Source: Candidatus Eiseniibacteriota bacterium (GTDB taxonomy: Bacteria > Eisenbacteria > RBG-16-71-46). From it: a stretch of 64,000 nt of DNA. The DNA lies in assembly GCA_016215625.1 (NCBI GenBank), contig JACRIW010000042.1:3463-67462 (forward strand), written 5' to 3'. The position numbers and the translations under genes are program-made. The notes beneath the pieces were generated by a model. That model did not search any database and was not told where the DNA came from. It saw only the letters and a program-made list of their open reading frames with translations. Below, piece by piece: positions 34,069 through 46,700 of the stretch; the first letter of the stretch is position 1, and each line of letters starts with the position of its first letter.

Positions 34069-36198
34069 TTGAAGTGCTTCCGCCATCTGTTTGTGTTCGC
34101 CTGCGTTGCGCTGTCCTTCGCGGCGTGGGCAACTCCACGGGCTCACGCCGACGCCCTGCAGCAGACGTACACCATTCCGGGCTGGCGGCTCGAAAAACTG
34201 CTCGGCAACACCGACGGTGACCTGGCTTACGAAATGCTCATGGTGAATCGCGCGAGCGGCTACTACGGCGTGTTCGACGCGGGGACGGGCGCCCTGCAGA
34301 AGCCGTTCACCTCCATCACGCCCGCCACCGGCTGGATCGAGCCCATCGACTTCGACGGCGACGGCCGCGCCGAGCTGGTCGCCCGTGTGGACGACGGCGT
34401 GCATCGCGATGTCGTCGTGTGGCGCGATTCGCTCGGCTCCTACTACGTGAGGTTCAGCCACACCGAGCCGGTGGTCAGCCAGTTCGGGGACAAAGTGCGT
34501 AGCACCACCTTCAAGGACCTGGTCGAGGTCCAGCCGGGCGACGTCGTGGTGCGCAACTGGACGAACGGCGCGGAGCTGATGCGGGCCTCCACGGCGGGTC
34601 CGGGGTGGAACACCACGCATCAGGCCGATGCGCGCCCGGTCGACGTGGACGGCGACGGCATCGACGAACTCCTGCTCTTGAATTTTGGCGTTTCGTGCCG
34701 CCTCTACAAATGGAACGGGACGCAGTACGTGATGCTCTGGATCAAGACCGGCAACTGGTTCTTCGACCAGTCGTTCAACTGCGACACCGATTCGCACCGG
34801 GAGATGGCGCTCATCGACCTGAACGGCAACGGCGGACTCGGCCGCTACCGGATCCTGGACGGACTCACCGGCGCCACCGAGCTCGACCCGAGCGCGTTCA
34901 CGGGCAGCTATTCGTTCCAGCCCGTGGATCACGACGGCGACGGCATCATGGAGCTCTTCTTCACGCAGACGGTCCCGACGTCTCTCACCGCCGCCTATCA
35001 GTGGAACGGGCTCACGTACCAGACGTCGTTCAGTCACGCCGACCTGACGACGCTCGTCCAGCCGGTTCGCATGCGCGCCACGACCCAGACCGAGTACATC
35101 GAGACCCTGCCGGGCGACCTGCGCATCCGCAGCTCCGCGGGCTTCGTGCTGTTCGACGCCGCCGCGAGCATTCCCGGCTGGCCGGCGAGTGAGCTGCCCG
35201 AGGTCCAGACGCACGACGTGAACCACGACGGACTCGTGGAGCTCGTCGTGTCGTTTCCTTCCGGCCTGCGGATGATCCGCTACGACGGCACGTTCTCGCA
35301 GGCGTGGAGCCTGCCGGGGCGTCTTCTGGCCGGGAACGTCGGCAGCACCGACGCCGACGCGCAGGACGAGTTCCTGTGCATCGAGCCGGGCGCCGGCAAC
35401 GTCGGCGCGTACGCCGTGTACGACGGCCTGGGCGGCGCCAAGGAGGGACTGTGGCCGCAGTTCACCAACGACAGGTGTTTCGTGCTCTCCGGTCCGTGGG
35501 AGCAGAACGGCCGCAACTCGCTGTTCTTCGCGAGTGCCGGGGCGTTCGCCGGGCCGAAGCCGCTGAACACGATGGTCCGCTGGAACGGCTCCGGCTACTA
35601 CAACGCCTTCGCGTTCGCGGACACGGTGGACATGGTCCTCGCGCAGCGAAACCGCAGCGCGACGACGTGGGACCTCGCGGAGTACCTGACCAACGGCGAC
35701 CTCGTGATTCGTGACGCGGTGAACGGCTCGATCCGCCTCCAGGCTTCGCGCTCGCTTCCGGGCTGGACGGGAATCGACCTCCTGTCCGATCCGCCCACGC
35801 GCGGCCTCGCGTACGACACTCGCAACAGCTGGGAGACGATGATCAACGAGAACGGCCGCTTCACCGCGGTGCGCCGCAACCTGACACTGGATGCTGCCGG
35901 GGAGCCGGGCTTCTCGACGCCGAGCGCGATGCGCGTGCTGCCGAGCATGCCCAACCCGTTCCGGGTCGCGACCACGCTGCGGTTCCAGGTGCCGCGCGAC
36001 GGCCATGCGCAGATCCGCATCTTCGACGCCGCCGGGCGCGTGGTGCGCACGCTGGACCGCGCGCTCACGGCGGGCAACCACACGGTGGAGTGGGACGGCC
36101 TCGACGACGCCGGCCGGCCCTCGCCGAACGGCGTGCTCTTCTACTCGGTGACCGTGGGTGCGGAGCGCCAGACGATGAAGCTCGTGCGGCTGCGGTAG
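34069..36198 (+). CDS. Secreted FG-GAP/VCBS-like repeat beta-propeller protein with FlgD-Ig/T9SS-like CTD (paralog A)
   Basis: Probable TTG start at 34069, 6 nt after GGAGG, gives signal peptide (M)KCFRHLFVFACVALSFAAWATPRAHA. Upstream in-frame codons have mixed GC3. Ca-binding-like DFDGDGRAELV, VDVDGDGIDELL, VDHDGDGIMELF. CTD PNPFRVATTLRFQVPRDGHAQIRIFDAAGRVVRTL... Confidence 0.85.
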   Translation: MKCFRHLFVFACVALSFAAWATPRAHADALQQTYTIPGWRLEKLLGNTDGDLAYEMLMVNRASGYYGVFDAGTGALQKPFTSITPATGWIEPIDFDGDGRAELVARVDDGVHRDVVVWRDSLGSYYVRFSHTEPVVSQFGDKVRSTTFKDLVEVQPGDVVVRNWTNGAELMRASTAGPGWNTTHQADARPVDVDGDGIDELLLLNFGVSCRLYKWNGTQYVMLWIKTGNWFFDQSFNCDTDSHREMALIDLNGNGGLGRYRILDGLTGATELDPSAFTGSYSFQPVDHDGDGIMELFFTQTVPTSLTAAYQWNGLTYQTSFSHADLTTLVQPVRMRATTQTEYIETLPGDLRIRSSAGFVLFDAAASIPGWPASELPEVQTHDVNHDGLVELVVSFPSGLRMIRYDGTFSQAWSLPGRLLAGNVGSTDADAQDEFLCIEPGAGNVGAYAVYDGLGGAKEGLWPQFTNDRCFVLSGPWEQNGRNSLFFASAGAFAGPKPLNTMVRWNGSGYYNAFAFADTVDMVLAQRNRSATTWDLAEYLTNGDLVIRDAVNGSIRLQASRSLPGWTGIDLLSDPPTRGLAYDTRNSWETMINENGRFTAVRRNLTLDAAGEPGFSTPSAMRVLPSMPNPFRVATTLRFQVPRDGHAQIRIFDAAGRVVRTLDRALTAGNHTVEWDGLDDAGRPSPNGVLFYSVTVGAERQTMKLVRLR

Positions 36199-36314
36199 GG
36201 GGCGAATCGCGCTCGCCACGCGAGTGCAGTTTCACCGCCGCGCCGATCCGTTACTCGACTACACTCCACCGCCACTTCAAGAGCCGTTGCCCATCCCAAC
36301 AGCGGAGAACACCT

Positions 36315-38420
36315 TTGGTCAGCCATCGCCCCACTCGCGCGCTGCTCGGCTTCGTCCTGCTCTTCGGAATGCTCGCGCCGCGCCTGGCGGCTTCGGAAGT
36401 GCTCAAGACCCGGTGGTCGTTGCCCGGATTGGTGTACCGCGCTTCGCTCGGGAACACCGACTGGGATCCGCAGCCCGAACTCCTCTGCATCGAGCGGTCG
36501 GTCCGCTACGCGGTCGTGGACGGCGCCACGGGCCAGATCCAGCAGGGCTTCAACAGCTTCAACTTTCCCGACGCCGGCTGCACGGCCGCCGACACCGACG
36601 GCGACGGCCGCAACGAGCTGTTCTTCAACCGCGCGTACGGCGGGCCGCCGATGTTCGCGGCCTACCAGTGGAACGGCTCGTCGTACGCGCAGATGTACCA
36701 GCACACGGACCTGACCTACGCGTATTCGATCGTGCACCTGCGCAACCAGTTCCAGACCGAAGTGCTCGAGATCGGCGCCACCGACATCCGCGTGCGCGCG
36801 ATGAACGGCAGCGTGCTCTGGCGCGCCTCGACGTCGCTGCCCGGCTGGACGGGCAACAACCCGTTTGCGTCCGTCCTGGACGTGGACAACGACGGTACGC
36901 CGGAACTCCAGATCACCCGCGACGCTTCGACCGTGGACGTGGTGCGCTACTCGGGCGGCGCGTTCTCGCGCATCTGGGGAGTGACGGGGTGGCAGCCCAT
37001 GAGCGCGTTCAACTCCGATGCCGACTCTCACGAAGAAGTCGCGATGTTCAGCGCGACCGACGGCCACATCGCAATCTTCGACGGCCGCTTCGGCTACCTG
37101 AAGTACGACGCCACGGCGTATTCGATCTTCACCGGCGGCGACGTGCTGCCGTTCGACTCGGACGGCGACGGCCAGATGGAGCTGTTCTTCTACCGTCAGG
37201 GACCGGGAACCCCGTGCGTCACGGCGGTGCAGGGAGGCTGCTGCGGATACAACACGATGTGGACGCACAACAGCGCCGTGTCGGGCATCTTTCCCGCGAC
37301 CTCTCGCAGCACGGCGGAGCACGAAATCGTCGAGATCACGACGGGCAACTTCCGGATTCGCGACGCGGTGACGGGCGATGTGCTGTTCACGGCTTCCACG
37401 GGCCTGTTCCCCTGGTCGGGCAACACGCCGAGCGTGTCGCTGCAGGACGCGAACCACGACGGTGTCTCGGAGCTCGCGGTGACGGATAAGACGAACGCGC
37501 TGCGGGTCGTGACTGGCGAGAGTGGCTTCTACCACGAGCTGTGGTCGGCGCCCGGCTGGCAGTTCTACGCGGGCCTCGGCGACACCGACGGCGATCCGGC
37601 GGACGAGTACATGCTGCGCCAGGTCTCGACGGGCAGCACGAGCCTCGTGGACGGAATGACGGGCACTCCCGCGACGGTGGTGCCGGACTGGAACGCGGCG
37701 AACGGCGTGGCCTACCTGGCCAACGATCCCGGCGGGTACGACGTGAACAACATCCTCTCGTATCGTCCGAGCTTCTCCGGGTCCCCGGCGCAGCTGCGCC
37801 AGTACGGACGGACCGCCAACTTCTACACCGTGCTGTTCTCGCACACCGACCCGGTGTTCACCGCGGCGGCCGTGCGGCTGCGCTCGGCATGGCAGGGCGA
37901 GATTCTCGAAGTCGCGCCCGACGACGACCTGCGGCTGCGGGACGGACAGACGGGCGCGATGCTCTTCCAGGGTTCGGTCGGCGCGCCGGAGTGGAGCGGC
38001 GTCGACATGACCGCGAACACGCCGTTCGTCGCCCTGAACCTCGACCCCGACGACGACCAGAACGAGCTGCTGATCAACGAGCACTCGCAGCTGCGCATGA
38101 TCGACGAGTTCACGTTCGCCGATGCGCCGCCGTCCTCGCGTCCGGTCGCCTTCGCGCTCATGCCCGGCTCGCCGAACCCGTTCCGCTCGAGCGTCGCGCT
38201 CCGCTTCGCGCTGCCGGAGGGCGGCCCGGTGCGCGTGCGGATCTTCGACACCGCCGGCCGGCTCGTGCGGCAGATGGACCAGGCGTTCGCCGCGGGCAAC
38301 CGCGAGTTCGTCTGGGACGGCGCCGACGAGTCGGGATCACCCGCACCGAGCGGCATCCTCTTCTACGAGGTCACGGCTGCCGGCGTGCGCAAGACCAGCC
38401 GGCTCGTGCGGCTGCCTTAG
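36315..38420 (+). CDS. Secreted FG-GAP/VCBS-like repeat beta-propeller protein with FlgD-Ig/T9SS-like CTD (paralog B)
   Basis: Probable TTG start at 36315 (alternative ATG 36369) gives (M)VSHRPTRALLGFVLLFGMLAPRLAA. Motifs DTDGDGRNELF, LDVDNDGTPELQ, FDSDGDGQMELF. It is collinear with paralog A. CTD PNPFRSSVALRFALPEGGPVRVRIFDTAGRLVRQM... Confidence 0.85.
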   Translation: MVSHRPTRALLGFVLLFGMLAPRLAASEVLKTRWSLPGLVYRASLGNTDWDPQPELLCIERSVRYAVVDGATGQIQQGFNSFNFPDAGCTAADTDGDGRNELFFNRAYGGPPMFAAYQWNGSSYAQMYQHTDLTYAYSIVHLRNQFQTEVLEIGATDIRVRAMNGSVLWRASTSLPGWTGNNPFASVLDVDNDGTPELQITRDASTVDVVRYSGGAFSRIWGVTGWQPMSAFNSDADSHEEVAMFSATDGHIAIFDGRFGYLKYDATAYSIFTGGDVLPFDSDGDGQMELFFYRQGPGTPCVTAVQGGCCGYNTMWTHNSAVSGIFPATSRSTAEHEIVEITTGNFRIRDAVTGDVLFTASTGLFPWSGNTPSVSLQDANHDGVSELAVTDKTNALRVVTGESGFYHELWSAPGWQFYAGLGDTDGDPADEYMLRQVSTGSTSLVDGMTGTPATVVPDWNAANGVAYLANDPGGYDVNNILSYRPSFSGSPAQLRQYGRTANFYTVLFSHTDPVFTAAAVRLRSAWQGEILEVAPDDDLRLRDGQTGAMLFQGSVGAPEWSGVDMTANTPFVALNLDPDDDQNELLINEHSQLRMIDEFTFADAPPSSRPVAFALMPGSPNPFRSSVALRFALPEGGPVRVRIFDTAGRLVRQMDQAFAAGNREFVWDGADESGSPAPSGILFYEVTAAGVRKTSRLVRLP

Positions 38421-38550
38421 TCGTCCCCGAATCGAGCTGCCTTCATCGGCCGCATTCTTGCGTGCGCCCCTGCGCAGGCAGGAGTGCGGCCGCTCGCATC
38501 TGGTGCGCGAGCGCCGCCCGGAGGTATCGCGAACTCGCGGGAGGACGACC

Positions 38551-38982
38551 ATGACGGGACAGCCGAACGAGCCGAACAGCCCGGGCGGACAAGAGGATGC
38601 GACTCCAGCGCGTGCCTCGCGGCCACTGGCGGCCAGCTTGATGACGTTCGATCTCGCCGCGGAAGCCGCCGCCCTGCGCAAGGAGGGCCCGTGGCTCCAG
38701 CATGGTAGGAACGCGCTCACCTTGGCCAAATATGCCGACCTGCGCATCGTGTACATGCTCATGAAGGCCGGCACGCGCCTCCCACAGCACCACGCGACCG
38801 GCCGCATTTCCGTGCAGACGGTGACCGGGCACGTCCGCCTGCACCTGAGCGAACGGACCGTCGAGTTGCCCGCCGGTCACCTGCTGGCGCTGGAGCAGGA
38901 AGTCCAGCACGACGTCGAGGCGATCGAGGAAAGCACGATCCTGCTCACGCTCGCGTGGCCGGGGGAAGAGGCGGGGCGCTGA
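38551..38982 (+). CDS. Cupin-domain protein
   Basis: ATG at 38551 after GGGAGGA. LPQHHATGRISVQTVTGHVRL ... LPAGHLLALEQEVQHDVEA looks like a cupin barrel. Confidence 0.72.
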   Translation: MTGQPNEPNSPGGQEDATPARASRPLAASLMTFDLAAEAAALRKEGPWLQHGRNALTLAKYADLRIVYMLMKAGTRLPQHHATGRISVQTVTGHVRLHLSERTVELPAGHLLALEQEVQHDVEAIEESTILLTLAWPGEEAGR

Positions 38983-39058
38983 GAGCGCATGCTCGGGTGG
39001 ACCACTTCCGACAACACGGCCGGAGCGCACCGATCTTCGTTCGGCGCGCGAGCAATGC

Positions 39059-39064
39059 TAGGCT
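39059..39064 (+). promoter_or_regulatory. Predicted extended -10 (TGcTAGGCT) 7 nt upstream of ATG 39072 (leaderless-type)
   Basis: aaTGcTAGGCTcatgcccATGaag. The first ATG (39066) is only 1 nt after the hexamer, so the second ATG is favoured. Confidence 0.3.
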
Positions 39065-39071
39065 CATGCCC

Positions 39072-40757
39072 ATGAAGACACCGCGCTCGTTGCTCCTGCT
39101 CGCCGTACTCGCCGCCTTCGCCACCCTGAGTGCCGCTCCCGCCCGCGCCCAGTACACGCTGGTGTGGGAGGACAACTTCGACGGCACGACCGTCAACACT
39201 TCGAAGTGGGCGTTCCAGACGGGCACCGGCTGCCCGACGCTGTGCAACTGGGGCAACAACGAGCTGCAGTACTACCGCGCCGAGAACGCGACCGTCTCCG
39301 GTGGCCTGCTCACGATCACCGCGCGCCAGCAGTCCTTCGGTGGCAAGTCCTACACGTCGGCACGACTGCGCAGCCAGGGCCTCGCGGACTTCACGTACGG
39401 CAAGATCGAGATGCGCGCGAAGCTTCCCATCGGACGCGGCCTGTGGCCGGCGTTCTGGATGCTGCCGACCAACAGCCCGTACGGGAACTGGCCGATGAGC
39501 GGCGAGATCGACATCATGGAGTACGTCGGTCACCAGCCGAGCCAGGTGTTCGGCACGCTGCACTACGGCAATCCGAACCAGATCTACTCGAGCACGTCCA
39601 CGTCGCTGGCGTCGGGCACGTTCCACGACGGCTTCCACACGTTCGCGATCGAGTGGGAGCCCAACCGGATCCGCTGGCTCCTCGACGGCGTGCAGTACGC
39701 GTGCAAGAGCAACTGGATCTCGTCCGCCGCGGGCTATCCGGCGCCGTTCGACAAGCCGTTCCACATGCTGATCAACCTCGCCGTGGGCGGGAACCTGCCC
39801 GGCTCGCCCGACGGCAGCACGGTGTTCCCGCAGGAGTTCGTGATCGACTGGGTGCGCGTGTGGCAGAAGCCGCAGGACATGACGAGCATCCTGTTCGACG
39901 GCATGGACCACGCGAATCCGTTCGCCAACGGCTGGTTCGTCTTCAACGGCGGCGGCGGTGGCAGCATCGCCGCGAACAGCACGCTGCCTCCGCAGGACGG
40001 TTGTGGTGCATCACTCGAGGTCGGCTACGGCGGACCGAACGGCTACATCGGCGGCTTCGGTCGCACGTTCCCGATCGACCTGAGCGGCCGGACGAACTTC
40101 GAGTTCTGGATCAACCCCGACGCGAACCAGCGCTACACGCTGGAAATCAACCTGCAGGAAGACGACAACGGCGACAACAGCACCGACGAGGAGTTCCAGT
40201 ACAACCTCGTCGTGAGCCCGACCGGTCCCGGCGCGATCGCGGGCGGCGGCTGGCAGAAGGTCTCGATCCCGCTCGCGGGCTTCTTCGACGACAACAGCGT
40301 GTTCCCCGGCGGCAACGGCGTGCTCGATCCGATCAGCACGCTGAAGGGCGGCAACGGCCAGCTGGTCAGTGTCGTGATGGCGATCATCAGCCAGGGCGGC
40401 GGCAACCAGACCTTCCGGACCGACTTCTGGAACTTCCGCAACACGACCGCGCTCGACGTGGCGGAGGACGATGCTCCCGGTCCGCGCCTGCTCGGCGCGG
40501 CCGCGCCGAACCCGTTCCGCTCGAGCACGACGCTGCGCTTCGCCGTGCAGAAGGGCGAGCGCTACGCCGTGACCGTGCACGACCTCTCGGGCCGGCGCGT
40601 GCGCGAGCTCGAGTCCGGCCGCGGCCTGGCGGGCGAGCGCACCGTGAGCTGGGACGGACGCACCGACACGGGCGCGAGCGCCGCGCCGGGCGTCTACCTG
40701 ATTCGCGTGCGCCGCGACAGCGGGGCCGAGGTGCGGAAGATCGTGCTGCAGCGTTGA
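39072..40757 (+). CDS. Secreted GH16 beta-glucanase (laminarinase-like) + CBM-like beta-sandwich + FlgD-Ig/T9SS-like CTD
   Basis: Signal peptide MKTPRSLLLLAVLAAFATLSAAPARA. GH16 catalytic motif GEIDIMEY (ExDxxE), plus WPAFWML and DWVRVW. The middle module looks like a CBM11/CIA30-type fold. CTD PNPFRSSTTLRFAVQKGERYAVTVHDLSGRRVREL... An alternative start is at 39066. Confidence 0.92.
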   Translation: MKTPRSLLLLAVLAAFATLSAAPARAQYTLVWEDNFDGTTVNTSKWAFQTGTGCPTLCNWGNNELQYYRAENATVSGGLLTITARQQSFGGKSYTSARLRSQGLADFTYGKIEMRAKLPIGRGLWPAFWMLPTNSPYGNWPMSGEIDIMEYVGHQPSQVFGTLHYGNPNQIYSSTSTSLASGTFHDGFHTFAIEWEPNRIRWLLDGVQYACKSNWISSAAGYPAPFDKPFHMLINLAVGGNLPGSPDGSTVFPQEFVIDWVRVWQKPQDMTSILFDGMDHANPFANGWFVFNGGGGGSIAANSTLPPQDGCGASLEVGYGGPNGYIGGFGRTFPIDLSGRTNFEFWINPDANQRYTLEINLQEDDNGDNSTDEEFQYNLVVSPTGPGAIAGGGWQKVSIPLAGFFDDNSVFPGGNGVLDPISTLKGGNGQLVSVVMAIISQGGGNQTFRTDFWNFRNTTALDVAEDDAPGPRLLGAAAPNPFRSSTTLRFAVQKGERYAVTVHDLSGRRVRELESGRGLAGERTVSWDGRTDTGASAAPGVYLIRVRRDSGAEVRKIVLQR

Positions 40758-40773
40758 AATCAGCGCTGCCCCG

Positions 40774-40787
40774 GGAGCGATCGCTCC
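40774..40787. promoter_or_regulatory. Perfect 14-bp palindrome GGAGCGATCGCTCC abutting the K5 -10-like box
   Basis: Read directly. It lies 17 nt after the GH16 stop and 2 nt before TAGATT. It could be an operator or a short terminator stem. Confidence 0.3.
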
Positions 40788-40789
40788 GG

Positions 40790-40795
40790 TAGATT
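40790..40795 (+). promoter_or_regulatory. Predicted -10 hexamer TAGATT 6 nt upstream of the K5 ATG (leaderless-type)
   Basis: ccggTAGATTcccgcgATG, with no SD. Confidence 0.35.
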
Positions 40796-40801
40796 CCCGC
40801 G

Positions 40802-43639
<2,838 letters not shown>

Positions 43640-43789
43640 GGGCGATCGCGACCCGCGCGGATCTGGCGAAGACAACGAGAGCCCATTCGCAAGCCCTCGG
43701 TGTTCGTTTCGCCGTCGCCGGACGTAGTGAGGGTCTGGGACACTTGTTCCCTCGAACGACCCGCACCTCGCCCTGGAGCTCGCGCCAAG

Positions 43790-46700
43790 ATGCCGACCGT
43801 TCCCCGTTTCCGCATGACCGCCGCACGCTTCGGACGTGCGCTTGCGCTCACCATCGTCACGGCCGGCGCTCTGTTCGCGCCCGTCGCCGCGCGCGCGCAG
43901 GTGATCCTCGATCAGTTCCCGAGCAGCGACGGCACCGTGCTCGCCTTCGCCGAGATCGGCAACACCCTCTACCTCGGTGGCAACTTCGGGCGCATCGGGC
44001 CCGCGACCGGAGGCGGTGCGCCAGTCTCGGCGACGACCGGCGACGGCGTGGGCAGCGCCCTGGTCGTGGACGGCAGCGTGTACGCATCGGTGTCCGACGG
44101 TGCCGGTGGCTGGTTCATCGGCGGCACGTTCACGAGCGTGGGTGGCCAGACGCGCTCGAACGTCGCGCGCATTCTTTCGGATGGATCGCTCTCGTCCTGG
44201 AATCCGGGCGCCAGTAGCACGGTCAAGGCGCTGGCACTGGTCGGCAACACGCTCTATCTGGGAGGCACGTTCCTCAGTGTCGGCGGCCAGTCGCGCTCCT
44301 ACGTCGCCGCTGTGGACGCGACGACCGGCACCCTCACGACGTGGAACCCGAGCTGCAATGGTGAGGTCCGCGCCATCGCCGCTGACGCGAAGGCGGTGTA
44401 CGTCGGCGGAACGTTCACGACCGTCGACAGCCAGTCGCGTTCCCGGTTCGCCGCTGTGGATGCCGTCACGGGCCGTGTGAAATCGTGGGCCGCACAGGTG
44501 ACCGGCAGTTCCGTGGACGCGATCGTCACCAATGGCGCGACGGTGCATCTCGGCGGCGATTTCACGTCAGTCGCGTTCGTCGGGCGCTCCTACCTCGCCG
44601 CCGTGGATTCCGCCACGGGAACGCTCCAGTCGTGGAACCCCAACGCGAACAGCGTCGTGCGCTGCCTCGCGCGCAGCGGCAGCCACATCTACGTGGGCGG
44701 TCTCTTCACGCAGATCGGTGGCGTGACACGCCCTCGGCTCGCCGACATCGATGCCACGACCGGTCTTGTGAGCGGTTGGGCCCCGATCTCGTACAGCACC
44801 GTGATGTCCCTCGCGGTGAGTGGAAACACCGTCTTCGCCAGCTCCCTGTCGACGCCGGCGCCCGGTGGCTATGCCATTCCGGCCCGTGCGATCGACGCCA
44901 CGTCGGGCGCGAACCTCGCATGGGACCCGGGACCGAACGGCTCGCTCTACACGGTGTCCGTTTCGGGATCGAACGTGTACATCGGCGGCACGATCACGTT
45001 CGCCGGAGGAGTCTCGCGCCCGTATCTCGCTGCTTTCAATGTGACCACCGGCGCGCTGCTGCCCTGGAGCCCGAATCCCAACGGAAGCGTCTGGGCCCTG
45101 ACCACGAGCGGGACGACGCTCTACGTGGGCGGGCAGTTCACTTCGATGGCCGGCCAGGCGAGGCGCGATCTCGCAGCTTTCGATGGGGCGAGCGGTGCGC
45201 TCACGGCGTTCAATCCGGGCTACGTGAACGGCGCCGTATTGTCGCTCCAGCTGAGTGGTTCGACGCTCTTCGCAGGAGGATCCTTCGACACGGTCGGCTC
45301 CGTGCGGCGATCGGGCGTCGCCAGCCTCAATGCGACCACCGGCGCCGTGTCGGCGTGGGCGCCGAACGCCGACAACAGCGTCCGTGATCTCGAGCTCTCG
45401 GGGTCGCTGGTCTACCTGTGTGGCCGCTTCACGACCGTCGGCGGACAGCCGCGCAACTTCCTCGCGGCCGTGGATGCGACGACGGGAGCGGTCTCCGCGT
45501 TCAACCCGAACCCGAACTACGCCCCCTCCGAAATCGCCGTGACACCGACGAGCGTTTACGTGTGCGGGGACTTCAACACCATCGGTGGGGCCGCGCGCAA
45601 CTACCTCGCCGCGGTCGATCCGGTGACCGGAGCCGCGCAATCGTGGCCGGTCACGGCGAGCACCAGCGTCTATGCGATGGCGACCGGGCCCGGGCGCGTC
45701 TACCTCGGCGGATACTTCCAGACCCTCAACGGTATCCCGAGGGCCTGGGCGGGTGCGGCCGAGCAAACCACGGGCGCCGTCGTCGACTACCGTCCGGCGC
45801 CCAACGACGTCGTGGACGCGATCACCGTGATCGGTGAGCGCGTCTACCTCGGCGGACGCTTCACGCGCATCAACAGCGCCCCGCGGTCCGGGTTCGCCGT
45901 GACGCGGCTGCCGCGCGTGAGCCTCTCCGATGCTTCGATCGAGGAAGGCGACTCGGGTACGCGCCAGCTGACGTTCACGGCATCGCTCGACCAGCTCCCG
46001 CTCGGCGGCGTCACCATGAAGCTCACGACGAGCGACGTGGACGCCACCGCGGGCACCGACTATGTCCCACTCACGAACCAGTCCTTCACCATCACCACCG
46101 GGCTGCTCTCGCGCACGTTCACGGTCAACGTGAACGGCGACCGCCTGCCCGAGGCCAGTGAACGCTTCGACGTCACGCTCAGCTCACCGCAGGGCGCGTT
46201 CGTGGCGGACGGCGTCGGCACGGGCACGATCACCGACGACGACGCGCACATGCTCGTGTGCGCGGACCTGTTCGAGACCGACGGCGACGTGCTCGCGACC
46301 GCGGTCATGAACGGCGTGCTGTACCTGGGCGGCAACTTCTCTCGCGTCGGGCCGCCGCCCTATGCGCTCGCCACGTCGCAACCGCGCGTGCGGCTCGCGG
46401 CGATCGATCTCACGACGGGAGCGCTGCTGCCGTGGAATCCCGGCGCGGATGGCGACGTGACCGTGCTCGAAGCCGGCTCGGGCGTGCTGTACGCCGCGGG
46501 CTTCTTCCAGCAGCTCGGCGGAGTGACACGCTCGCGGCTCGGCGCGATCAACCCCGTCACGGGCGCCGTCACATCGTGGAACCCCGCGCCGCAGGCAACC
46601 GTGCGCGCGCTGGAAGCCGTCGGCAGCACGGTGTACGCGGGCGGCGATTTCACGAGCATCGGGGGTGCGGCGCGCAATGCGCTCGCGGCGCTCGATGCCG

